Under the pieces are notes generated by a model. That model saw nothing but the letters and a program-made list of their open reading frames with translations. It ran no database searches and was not told where the DNA came from. A program made the position numbers and the translations under genes. Positions 45,590 through 53,643 of a stretch of 61,225 nt of DNA are shown one piece after another (within the stretch, counting starts at the first letter, position 1; each line of letters starts with the position of its first letter). The DNA is from an uncultured Candidatus Saccharibacteria bacterium. GTDB lineage: Bacteria > Patescibacteriota > Saccharimonadia > UBA4664 > CAZOQX01. Location of the stretch: positions 1 through 61,225 of the forward strand of contig CAZOQX010000004.1 of assembly GCA_964582465.1 (NCBI GenBank), in the 5' to 3' direction.

Positions 45590-46315
45590 ATGCCTGTGGG
45601 GGCCTGGACGGTATTGGCGATCTTGGTGGTCGCCCTTGTCTTCTGCATCTCGCTCATCGTTTCGATCGACCGCGATCGCACACGTACGGCCTTCGAACTG
45701 ACCAAGCACAAGGAGCAGTTCATCCTGGTCAAAGGATTCCACAGTGACTATGGCTACTTCGTCATCTTCTCCATGGATCGGGGGGATACCTGGTTCGCCC
45801 TGGAAAGGGTCTACGAGCAGCAGAAGATCAAGTACCATATCGTCGGTTATGCCGACAAGATCTATCCGGGGATCATCAGTCGCCGCGAACTGATCGAGCA
45901 GCTGCGGCGATCGTTCGGGATCGGCTGGTTGACGCCAGACAAGGTCAGCAACGAGGACGCCGCTCGGCTGAGTGAGTTGGCGTTCGGTCCCCCAAAGGAT
46001 CGTGAGTCGCAGCCAGGGGATGACTACTACATCGTGGAGCATGGTCCGATGGGTCCAACATCTGGCGCTTCCGAGGAGAGCATGGTCATCGACCCTGAGG
46101 CGATGGGAGTGGTCTCGGCCGACAGGGTAAAGACTGTCGTCGCACAGCCGACCGCAAAGCTGGTGGACTCACCGCTACAGCCCCGCGTTTCCTATGCCGA
46201 CGACGAAGGCCTCGCGCCCGACGCCGAGTTGAGGCGCCAGCACATGAGTGAGGATCTCCCCGATCTTCAACCGGGCACGCCACGCGGCCCCCTCACCGAG
46301 GAGCATGGCAGATAG
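45590..46315 (+). CDS. Membrane-anchored hypothetical protein (N-terminal TM, ~120-aa globular domain, disordered acidic/Pro-rich tail)
   Basis: ATG 45590 after GAAGGAGGGAG. The ORF-track start 45491 overlaps htrA and is rejected. Confidence 0.6.
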   Translation: MPVGAWTVLAILVVALVFCISLIVSIDRDRTRTAFELTKHKEQFILVKGFHSDYGYFVIFSMDRGDTWFALERVYEQQKIKYHIVGYADKIYPGIISRRELIEQLRRSFGIGWLTPDKVSNEDAARLSELAFGPPKDRESQPGDDYYIVEHGPMGPTSGASEESMVIDPEAMGVVSADRVKTVVAQPTAKLVDSPLQPRVSYADDEGLAPDAELRRQHMSEDLPDLQPGTPRGPLTEEHGR

Positions 46316-46443
46316 GCACGCTCTAGCCCGCAACAGTTTCGGTCGATCCAGATTGTTGCGGGTCGACCTAAGCGCTCAAAACTGAGCTTTTAGGTTGTAA
46401 ATGGCCTCAAACTTCAAATTTTTGAAACCTAAGGTCAGGCGCC

Positions 46444-47040
46444 TTATGCAGGCGCCGGTTGTTCGATCCGGAGGAACTCGGAGATGTCGGTATGGATGGT
46501 CGGCTCCAACGAGTGTGGAGCGATTGGCATGATGGCGGCGTGGCGGATCTGGCCGTTACCTCGTGCCAGGAAGTTGATAGACCAGTTCCGCTGCCTGTGC
46601 CAATTGACCTTCACTCCATCTGGATCGTCTATCGCTAGAAGACCCGAGAGGGCTTGTCTCAAGTAGTACGTGTTGAGGCAAAGGCCACCTTTAAAGATTG
46701 GGAGAACGCCGTGGTGTTCTCCGCTATAGGGTGGCCCGGCAAGGGCGTCAAGCAGGCTTGGTATGTCCTCCGGCGCAAAGATTCCGCCCCGCTTACCTGG
46801 CTCGAGTATCTTGTTGATGGCGGCAAGGGCGAAGAACTCGGAATCGGGCATTCGTAGCTCGCGGTTCAGGTAGAGGCCCTCTTCGGCGATTGGCTCCTCC
46901 ACTTCCGCCCGATGCAGGCGGTAACTGTCGGTAGCAGTCAGAGTCCGCCCTCCATTTGTCACTTGAACCAGAGCAAAGGGAAGCGCATCCCCAGTTGCTA
47001 GCTTCAGCCAAGTCCAGACTTCCGGAATGTCAACATTCAT
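46444..47040 (-). CDS. Short beta-sliding-clamp-like (DnaN-like) protein, ~198 aa
   Basis: LTATDSYRLHRAEV resembles the DnaN motif (V)ATDGHRLA. LCLNTYYLRQAL...HAAIMPI resembles the DnaN C-terminus (GFN..YL.D.L ... yvvMPmR). ATG 47040 is preferred (GGGAG 5 nt upstream); the ORF could extend to TTG 47097. Confidence 0.55.
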   Translation of the reverse strand: MNVDIPEVWTWLKLATGDALPFALVQVTNGGRTLTATDSYRLHRAEVEEPIAEEGLYLNRELRMPDSEFFALAAINKILEPGKRGGIFAPEDIPSLLDALAGPPYSGEHHGVLPIFKGGLCLNTYYLRQALSGLLAIDDPDGVKVNWHRQRNWSINFLARGNGQIRHAAIMPIAPHSLEPTIHTDISEFLRIEQPAPA

Positions 47041-47098
47041 ATCTACTCCCGGATCGAGAAGTAGACACATTATCTCCGGTGCAGTTTTACTGGGCAAG

Positions 47099-47902
47099 CT
47101 AGAGCTTTTTGAAGCAGCTCACAAAATAATCTTGTTCAACTATTTTTAGTCCCTGAGATTGGGCCATTCTCTCAAGTTCAGGTTGTTGCCAGGGGTCGGA
47201 TTCAATGATGAGATATCCGTCGGCATTTAAGTGGCTGGGCACCTGCGGAAAAAACTGCGCGTAAACTGCCAGGCCTTTTGTGCCGCCGATTAAGGCTACC
47301 TTGGGTTCGTAGTGGGCTTCGGGGTTGAGCGCGTCCTCGCTCGGAACGTAGGGCAGGTTAGCCACAATCACATCGAAGTACCCCACCATGTCTTTCAAAA
47401 GGTCACTTTGGATTAATTTGATTTTTGAGTTGTGCCGTTTTTTATTCGCGAGCGCTATCGTTAAAGCCTGTGTAGAAATATCGGTGGCGGTAATTTTAAG
47501 GTCGGGCCGAGATTTGTGAATAGCAATGGCGAGCGCGCCTGAGCCAGTGCCAATATCGAGCAGCCGGCCGTCCCGGGGTGCGTATTTAATGGCAAGCTCA
47601 ACAATTTTTTCGGACTCGGGGCGGGGACTGAGCACGGTCTCATTGACCTGAAAAGTTAGGCCGTAAAACTCTTTTTGCTTCGTGAGATGGGCAAGTGGTG
47701 TACGGTTAACTCGGCGGTTTGCGAGCTCATTTAATTTGGCGATTTCGGCCGGATCCAATTCGTACTCGGGGTGGGCGAGTAGCCAGGCGCGATCATGTCC
47801 GGTGGCGGTCTCTACGAGCAGCAAGGCGTCTAAATCGGCCGTGCCGATCTCGGCCGCGTGCAGTTTCTTGCGAGTCTGCTTGAGTGCCTCGCTCGCGGTC
47901 AT
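47099..47902 (-). CDS. prmC: Release-factor glutamine N5-methyltransferase PrmC/HemK
   Basis: SAM motif [11 protein letters not shown] and the catalytic tetrapeptide present as NLPY. Overlaps prfA. Confidence 0.9.
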   Translation of the reverse strand: MTASEALKQTRKKLHAAEIGTADLDALLLVETATGHDRAWLLAHPEYELDPAEIAKLNELANRRVNRTPLAHLTKQKEFYGLTFQVNETVLSPRPESEKIVELAIKYAPRDGRLLDIGTGSGALAIAIHKSRPDLKITATDISTQALTIALANKKRHNSKIKLIQSDLLKDMVGYFDVIVANLPYVPSEDALNPEAHYEPKVALIGGTKGLAVYAQFFPQVPSHLNADGYLIIESDPWQQPELERMAQSQGLKIVEQDYFVSCFKKL

Positions 47903-48960
47903 TCGATCGTAGATTGCTCTAGGGCTAGCTTTTGCTCGGCTGCGCGCAGGGCACTAAGCAATGGGTCGATATTACCAGCCAGGACTTCTTCCATCCGGTG
48001 GACGGTTAGACCGATGCGGTGATCGGTAATGCGATCTTGGGGGAAGTTATAAGTGCGGATTTTCTCACTGCGATCTCCGGATCCAATCTGGCCGCGGCGG
48101 GTGGCATCAAGCTCTTTGCGCTCGGCCTCAAGCTTCAGGGCAAGCAGGCGCGCGCGCAGAACACCCAAGGCCTTTTCCTTATTCTTGAGCTGGCTTTTTT
48201 CATCCTGGCAGGTTACCACCAAACCCGTTGGCAGGTGAGTAATGCGCACAGCCGAATCGGTCGTATTAACAGATTGGCCGCCGTGTCCGCCAGCCCGGAA
48301 GACGTCAATCCGCAGGTCGGCCGGGTTAATCTCGAGCTCGGTTTCCTCCGCTTCCGGAAGCACGGCTACCGTGACAGTGGAGGTATGGATGCGGCCGCCC
48401 GACTCGGTGACGGGAATCCGCTGGACCCGGTGAACGCCAGATTCGTATTTGAGCCAGCCGTACGCGCCATCGCCTCTAATTGCAAAAATAATTTCTTTGT
48501 AACCGCCGACTTCGGAGGGGCTCTCCGAAATTAGTTCAACCGCCCACCGGCGGGATTCGGCGTAGCGGGCGTACATGCGATAAAGCTCGCCGGCAAATAG
48601 AGAAGCTTCATCGCCGCCGGCCCCGGCTCTAATTTCCAAAATAGCGTTTTTGGCATCGGTCGGATCTTTGGGTGCCAGCGCCAGCTCTAGATCACTTTCT
48701 GCTCGGGTAAGCTCGGTGTCTAAGCTAGCACGCTCGGCTAAGGCTAGGTCAGCTAGTTCCGGATCCTGTTGGGCGGTGTTGTTATCGTGCACGGCCTTCC
48801 TTAGTTTGGCTACACGCAAAAATAAAGCTTCCAGGGCTTCCAGCTCGGACTGGCGTTTGGTGAGCTTTACAAACTCTTTGGTGCCGAAGATTTCAGGATC
48901 TTGCAGCTCAGCTTGAATTTGCTCAAGCTCGGCACGAATTTTTGATTCGGTGTCGGACAT
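47899..48960 (-). CDS. prfA: Peptide chain release factor 1
   Basis: PVT anticodon-like tripeptide and the GGQ motif ([11 protein letters not shown]). Confidence 0.96.
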   Translation of the reverse strand: MSDTESKIRAELEQIQAELQDPEIFGTKEFVKLTKRQSELEALEALFLRVAKLRKAVHDNNTAQQDPELADLALAERASLDTELTRAESDLELALAPKDPTDAKNAILEIRAGAGGDEASLFAGELYRMYARYAESRRWAVELISESPSEVGGYKEIIFAIRGDGAYGWLKYESGVHRVQRIPVTESGGRIHTSTVTVAVLPEAEETELEINPADLRIDVFRAGGHGGQSVNTTDSAVRITHLPTGLVVTCQDEKSQLKNKEKALGVLRARLLALKLEAERKELDATRRGQIGSGDRSEKIRTYNFPQDRITDHRIGLTVHRMEEVLAGNIDPLLSALRAAEQKLALEQSTIE

Positions 48961-48978
48961 AATTTGATTGTAGCTTAG

Positions 48979-49416
48979 TTAGGCCGCTTGAGCAGCGTCG
49001 TTGTTCGCTTCGGAGGTTTCACCTTCAGCTGATACTTCCGGAGCAGATTCCACCGGTTCCTCAGTTTGGGCAGTAGCTTCACTTACGGGCTCACTGGCAG
49101 CTTCTTCGGGAGTAGCGGGCTCTTCGAGGGTGACGGTTTTTTCTTCCAACTCATTTTCGATCTTAGTCACAGTCGGATCGGCCTTCTTAGCTGGCTTGGA
49201 TTTCTTAGCAGCTTGAGCAGCAGCACGGCGGGCATTAAATTTATCGACCCTACCGGCGGTGTCTACCAGCTTTTGCTTACCGGTGTAAAAGGGATGACAA
49301 TTAGAACAAATCTCCACCGTAATTTCGGGTACGGTCGAGTGGGTTTCGAACTCGGTGCCACAGCCGTTGCAGTGGACCTTGGTCACCATATATTCGGGGT
49401 GAATGCCTTGTTTCAT
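48979..49416 (-). CDS. rpmE: 50S ribosomal protein L31 (Zn-ribbon type) with ~75-aa acidic/Ala-rich C-terminal extension
   Basis: MKQGIHPEY start at 49416, with CNGC...[10 protein letters not shown]. The ORF-track start 49464 is rejected. Confidence 0.9.
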   Translation of the reverse strand: MKQGIHPEYMVTKVHCNGCGTEFETHSTVPEITVEICSNCHPFYTGKQKLVDTAGRVDKFNARRAAAQAAKKSKPAKKADPTVTKIENELEEKTVTLEEPATPEEAASEPVSEATAQTEEPVESAPEVSAEGETSEANNDAAQAA

Positions 49417-49471
49417 AACTGCACTAGTATACCGGCTTTTCAGGAGTGGGTCAAGATTGTACAATCAATTT

Positions 49472-49870
49472 ATGCCATTAAACCAAAAAGAAGTCGATCG
49501 ACTGCTTGAATCCGAGCTGGTGGCATTTTTGGCTACCTCGAGCGTAAATGGGGTGCCTCATGTCGCTCCGATCTGGTTTATCTATCATGAGGGCAAAATC
49601 TATTTCGAATCTGACGAAACAACCAAAAAGTTTAAAAACTTACAAAAACTTAATCGCATTGCACTTGCGGTCGGTCAGCGAGAGGCTTATTTGTTGGAGG
49701 GACACGTAAAATGGTGTCGCGAGAGGGAGCTGGACTTCCCTATTAGAAAGTTGTTTTGGGATAAATATGGAAAAGACATGGACGATAGCTATATCAATGA
49801 CAAAACCTACTTATTTGAAGTCATTCCGGATAAAATCATGAGCTGGCATTATGCCCCAGACTGGGATTAG
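49472..49870 (+). CDS. Pyridoxamine 5'-phosphate oxidase-family (FMN-binding split-barrel) protein
   Basis: ATG 49472. VAFLATSSVNGVPHVAPIWFIY...GKIYF is typical of the PPOX-like family. Confidence 0.75.
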   Translation: MPLNQKEVDRLLESELVAFLATSSVNGVPHVAPIWFIYHEGKIYFESDETTKKFKNLQKLNRIALAVGQREAYLLEGHVKWCRERELDFPIRKLFWDKYGKDMDDSYINDKTYLFEVIPDKIMSWHYAPDWD

Positions 49871-49872
49871 CC

Positions 49873-49902
49873 TTGCCAAAGCTGGTTCGAAGCTGTTAAA
49901 TT
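49873..49902 (+). promoter_or_regulatory. Sigma70-type promoter for rpsB-tsf operon
   Basis: TTGCCA, 17-18-nt spacer, TGTTAAAT(T) extended -10. Confidence 0.5.
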
Positions 49903-49981
49903 AACACTTGCTACTAAAAAACAGCGGCTCATTAAATCCTCCGCTTCATGCGGATCGAGCGCGCAACGACGAAAGGATTAA

Positions 49982-50728
49982 ATGGAAGTAAAAATCGAAC
50001 AACTATTCGAAGCCGGTGCTCATTTTGGGCACCAAACCCGTCGCTGGAACCCCAAAATGAAGCCTTATATCTTCGGGGTGAGGAGCGGCGTTCATATTTT
50101 AGACTTAGAGCAGACGGTGGAGAAATTAGCTGACGCCATGAAATTCGCCGAGCAGGTGACGGCAAGCGGGGGTAATATCTTATTTGTCGGCACCAAACGC
50201 CAGGCCGCCGCCATCGTGCGAGAAGAGGCGGAGGCCGCCGGCATGCCGTACATGACCGATCGCTGGCTGGGTGGCACGCTGACTAATTTTCGGACCATTA
50301 AATCACAGGTGGGTCGGCTGGCAGCTCTTCGCGCCAAGCTAGCTGATGAACAGGTGAAGCTGAGCAAGAAAGACCGCTCGGGCTTGGAAATGGAAGCGGC
50401 CAAGTTGGAGCAAACTTTCCGGGGCATTGAGCATATGAATCAACTGCCAACGGCCGTCTATGTGGCCGACGTGCCGCATGAGGAGATTGCCGTACGCGAG
50501 GCGATTAAATTGGGGATTCCGGTGATCGCTATTGTTGACACTAACGCTGATCCTGATCTGGCCAACCAGCCTATTCCCGCCAATGATGATGCGATTAAAA
50601 CCATTAAGCTCGTCACCCACGCTATTGCCGAAGCCGCACAGAAGGGCCACCAGGCTCATGAATCCAAGGCGGCGAAGTTGCGCGAAGAGGAGAGTAAAAG
50701 CAAGGAGGTCGAGAATGCCGAAGCCTGA
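49982..50728 (+). CDS. rpsB: 30S ribosomal protein S2
   Basis: LFEAGAHFGHQTRRWNPKM N-terminal signature. Confidence 0.97.
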   Translation: MEVKIEQLFEAGAHFGHQTRRWNPKMKPYIFGVRSGVHILDLEQTVEKLADAMKFAEQVTASGGNILFVGTKRQAAAIVREEAEAAGMPYMTDRWLGGTLTNFRTIKSQVGRLAALRAKLADEQVKLSKKDRSGLEMEAAKLEQTFRGIEHMNQLPTAVYVADVPHEEIAVREAIKLGIPVIAIVDTNADPDLANQPIPANDDAIKTIKLVTHAIAEAAQKGHQAHESKAAKLREEESKSKEVENAEA

Positions 50729-51317
50729 TCTAGAAACGATTAAGCGTTTACGACAAGTGACTGGCGCCGGGGTTTCGTCCGCCAAGCAGGCGCTGGAAGA
50801 GGCAGGTGGCGACTTTGATAAGGCTGTAGAGATTTTGCGCATTAAGGGTGAAGCTAGCGCTGCCAAGAAATCGGAACGCGAGGCCAGGGCCGGGGTAATA
50901 ACGAGTTATTTGCACGGCGGACGGATCGGCGCGCTGGTGGAAGTAAATTGCGAAACTGACTTTGTAGCCCGTACCGACGAATTTCAAGAATTCGCCAAAG
51001 AAATTGCCATGCAGGTGGCAGCTTCGAGCCCTTTGTATGTCGACTCTGAGCAGGTGCCTGAGGAAGTGATCGAAAAAGAGATGGCACTCTATCGCGCCGA
51101 GCAGGCTGATTCCAAGAAGCCGGACGAGGTAGTGGAAAAGATCGTCCAGGGCAAGCTCGAGAAATATTACGAAATGGCTTGCCTGATGAAGCAGCCCTAC
51201 ATCAAGGACCCTAATATGACGGTGGCCGATCTCGCCACAAAGTTAATTGCCAAAATCGGTGAGAATGTGCGTGTGCGACGATTCGCCCGTTTTGAGGTAG
51301 GTGAAATTGGCGATTGA
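50715..51317 (+). CDS. tsf: Elongation factor Ts (short form, 200 aa)
   Basis: ATG 50715 after AAGGAGG. UBA-like N-terminus IKRLRQVTGAGVSSAKQALEEAGGDFDKA. The ORF-track start 50532 lies inside rpsB and is rejected. Confidence 0.93.
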   Translation: MPKPDLETIKRLRQVTGAGVSSAKQALEEAGGDFDKAVEILRIKGEASAAKKSEREARAGVITSYLHGGRIGALVEVNCETDFVARTDEFQEFAKEIAMQVAASSPLYVDSEQVPEEVIEKEMALYRAEQADSKKPDEVVEKIVQGKLEKYYEMACLMKQPYIKDPNMTVADLATKLIAKIGENVRVRRFARFEVGEIGD

Positions 51318-51870
51318 CAGTCTTCTAAGCCAAGCCGAAACCAAGATGGCAAAAGCCATTGAGCACTTGGAAAATGAGCTCCGCCAACTGCGGACCGGGC
51401 GAGCTTCGGCCGCCTTGGTGGAAGATATTAAAATCGATGTTTATGGTCAGCCGATGGTGCTAAAGCAGGTGGCTTCTATTACCGTGCCAGACGCTAAAAG
51501 CATTGCGATTGTGCCCTGGGACCGGGCTAACTTGGCGCCGATCGAAAAAGCCCTGCGCGACAGCTCAACCCTGGGGCTAAACCCGGTCAATGATGGTAAC
51601 GCCATCAGATTAAACATTCCGCCGCTCACGGAAGAACGTCGCCGCGATATCGTCAAGCAAATGAAGGAAAAGGTGGAGCACAGCCACATTAGTCTGCGTA
51701 ATGTGCGGCACGAGGTGCTCGATCAAGCGCGCGAAATGGAGAAACAAAAGCTTGCTACTCAGGATGATGTGAAATCGACTGAGCAGGCCCTTGGCAAGCT
51801 AATGGATCAAATGCGCCTCCGCACTTCCCAGATCGAGACCGCCAAAGAACACGATTTAATGGAGGTGTAG
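51301..51870 (+). CDS. frr: Ribosome recycling factor
   Basis: LRTGRAS and PPLTEERRRD motifs. A GTG/TTG start near 51301-51307. Confidence 0.95.
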   Translation: MKLAIDSLLSQAETKMAKAIEHLENELRQLRTGRASAALVEDIKIDVYGQPMVLKQVASITVPDAKSIAIVPWDRANLAPIEKALRDSSTLGLNPVNDGNAIRLNIPPLTEERRRDIVKQMKEKVEHSHISLRNVRHEVLDQAREMEKQKLATQDDVKSTEQALGKLMDQMRLRTSQIETAKEHDLMEV

Positions 51871-51874
51871 AGAA

Positions 51875-52579
51875 ATGCGGAGGGTAAAAGCTGCCAGCCT
51901 GGTACCCCAGCACATTGGTATTATTATGGACGGGAATCGGCGCTGGGCAACAGCCAAGGGCTTACCGGCCTTGGCGGGTTATCAATACGGCAAGCAGGCG
52001 CTCGAAAAAGTCACCCGGCTGGCTATGGCGCGTGGGGTCAAATACATCTCGGTTTATGCCTTCTCGACCGAAAACTGGGCACGGCCGGCCAACGAGGTTC
52101 AGTACCTTATGCGCCTATTTGGCGGAATCCTGAAAGGTGGGCTGAAGGAGTTAGCTACTCGGGGAGTGCGTATACGTTTTCTAGGTTCGCTGAATAACTT
52201 GCCGGCCGAGTTGATTACAAAAATACATTCGGCTGAGGCCGCTACGGCTCGAAATCGTCGCCTAACGTTAGGGCTTTGCCTGAATTACGGCGGCCAAACT
52301 GAAATTGTCGAAGCGGTTAACCGGCTTCTAAACAAGCAAGCGGCGCCGCAGGCGGTCACGACTCAGGGCTTGGCCGACGAGCTTTACGGACCCGAAATCC
52401 CGCCGCTCGATTTGGTGATTAGAACTTCTGGAGAACGTCGCCTTAGTAACTTTATGCTTTGGCGAGCAGCTTATGCCGAGCTAGCGTTCGTAGACAAGCA
52501 TTGGCCAGATTTCGGGGCGGCTGATTTTGATGCTGTTTTGTCTGATTATGCCAGTAGAAAGCGACGGTTTGGGCGGTGA
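51875..52579 (+). CDS. uppS: Undecaprenyl-diphosphate synthase
   Basis: HIGIIMDGNRRWA and the RTSGERRLSNFMLWQ-type motif. Confidence 0.96.
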   Translation: MRRVKAASLVPQHIGIIMDGNRRWATAKGLPALAGYQYGKQALEKVTRLAMARGVKYISVYAFSTENWARPANEVQYLMRLFGGILKGGLKELATRGVRIRFLGSLNNLPAELITKIHSAEAATARNRRLTLGLCLNYGGQTEIVEAVNRLLNKQAAPQAVTTQGLADELYGPEIPPLDLVIRTSGERRLSNFMLWRAAYAELAFVDKHWPDFGAADFDAVLSDYASRKRRFGR

Positions 52580-53643
52580 TTACAGCCATTATTCTGCTGA
52601 TTGCCGTGGTGTTTGTCCTGGTTTTGATGCACGAGTGGGCTCACTTTGTGGTGGCTCGCCGCAATGGCATCACCGTGGAAGAGTTCGGCATTGGTTTTCC
52701 GCCACGGCTATTCTCAAAAGTGCGCCACGGTGTGCGTTATTCTTTGAACCTCTTGCCAATCGGTGGCTACGTCAAACTCAAACACGAAAGCTATGCTGAT
52801 AAATCACCTGGCAGCTTTGGTGCGGCGAAGTTTGGGGTGCAGGCGAAGGTACTGCTCGCCGGTGTCGGGGCAAATCTAATCGGTGCTTACCTAATTCTAC
52901 TGGGACTTGCAATAACCGGCGCGCCGCGTATGGTTGACCACCAGTTTAGTTTTGGCCATGGGACTTACAGCCAGCCGCCGACGGTAATGGCCGCTGAAGT
53001 CGAAGCCGGGAGCGCTGCGGCTAGGGCTGATATTAGAGTTGGTGATTTGATTTTAAGCGGGAATGGGCAGAAGTTTAGCCGCGAGGCGGACCTGACTAAT
53101 TTCACTAAGTCTCAGGCTGGCCGAGTGGTTAACCTGCTGGTCCGACACAAGGGGCAGGACCGGACGGTGACGGTACATCTGGGCAACGACCCGGTTAAGG
53201 GCTATTTGGGTGTATCGCCGTTTCTGACCTCCCAGATTCGCTATGGTTGGGCGGCCCCGATTGTGGCGGCTGGGCTGTTTTTGCAACTACTTGTAGCAAC
53301 CATTAAAGTCCTCATCGGCTTTTTCGTCGGATTATTCGTTCATGCTAAGGTGTCCGATCAGGTCACAAGTCCGGTCGGCCTCGCCATAATTCTAAACGGC
53401 GTCCTTAAGCTCGGCGCCGCCTATGTATTCACCATCATTTTGTCGCTATCTTTGGCGCTCGCTGTTTTCAATGCCTTGCCACTGCCGCCACTCGACGGCG
53501 GTCGGCTGGCTACGATCGGTATCGCCCGATTATTCAAATTACAACTAAGTGATCGGACGGAAGCATGGCTGGCCCGAGTCGGCTACGCTTTTTTGCTAGT
53601 AATCATGATCGTGGTCGTTTACGCTGATATCAAAAGGTATTGA
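52576..53643 (+). CDS. rseP: RIP metalloprotease RseP (site-2 protease, M50)
   Basis: HEWAHF HExxH motif, PDZ insert, NALPLPPLDGG motif. Confidence 0.93.
   Translation: MITAIILLIAVVFVLVLMHEWAHFVVARRNGITVEEFGIGFPPRLFSKVRHGVRYSLNLLPIGGYVKLKHESYADKSPGSFGAAKFGVQAKVLLAGVGANLIGAYLILLGLAITGAPRMVDHQFSFGHGTYSQPPTVMAAEVEAGSAAARADIRVGDLILSGNGQKFSREADLTNFTKSQAGRVVNLLVRHKGQDRTVTVHLGNDPVKGYLGVSPFLTSQIRYGWAAPIVAAGLFLQLLVATIKVLIGFFVGLFVHAKVSDQVTSPVGLAIILNGVLKLGAAYVFTIILSLSLALAVFNALPLPPLDGGRLATIGIARLFKLQLSDRTEAWLARVGYAFLLVIMIVVVYADIKRY

Larger units (their letters stand above)
45575..47060. other. GC-rich, compositionally foreign cassette D (two convergent orphan genes)
   Basis: Codons are predominantly G/C-ending (ATC, GTC, CTC, TTC, GAC...), unlike the flanking htrA and prmC. 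Boundaries are approximate. Confidence 0.7.

Noticed and set aside
3591-47060. Mis-assembly or contaminating high-GC contig pieces as the explanation for the GC-rich cassettes.
   Set aside because: I consider this unlikely. Every junction falls in an intergenic spacer, frames and operon logic are intact (nrdR next to nrdJ), and native promoters abut cassettes A, B and D. It cannot be excluded without read-level data, so it is listed as a refutation test in the findings.
47899-48960. Possible programmed +1 frameshift, as in prfB.
   Set aside because: The gene is RF1 (PVT motif) with a single uninterrupted frame, so there is no frameshift site.
49880-49897. tRNA-like T-loop sequence GGTTCGAAGC.
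   Set aside because: It has no acceptor, D or anticodon arms around it, and it sits in the spacer of the rpsB promoter. I found no tRNA in any intergenic gap of the window.
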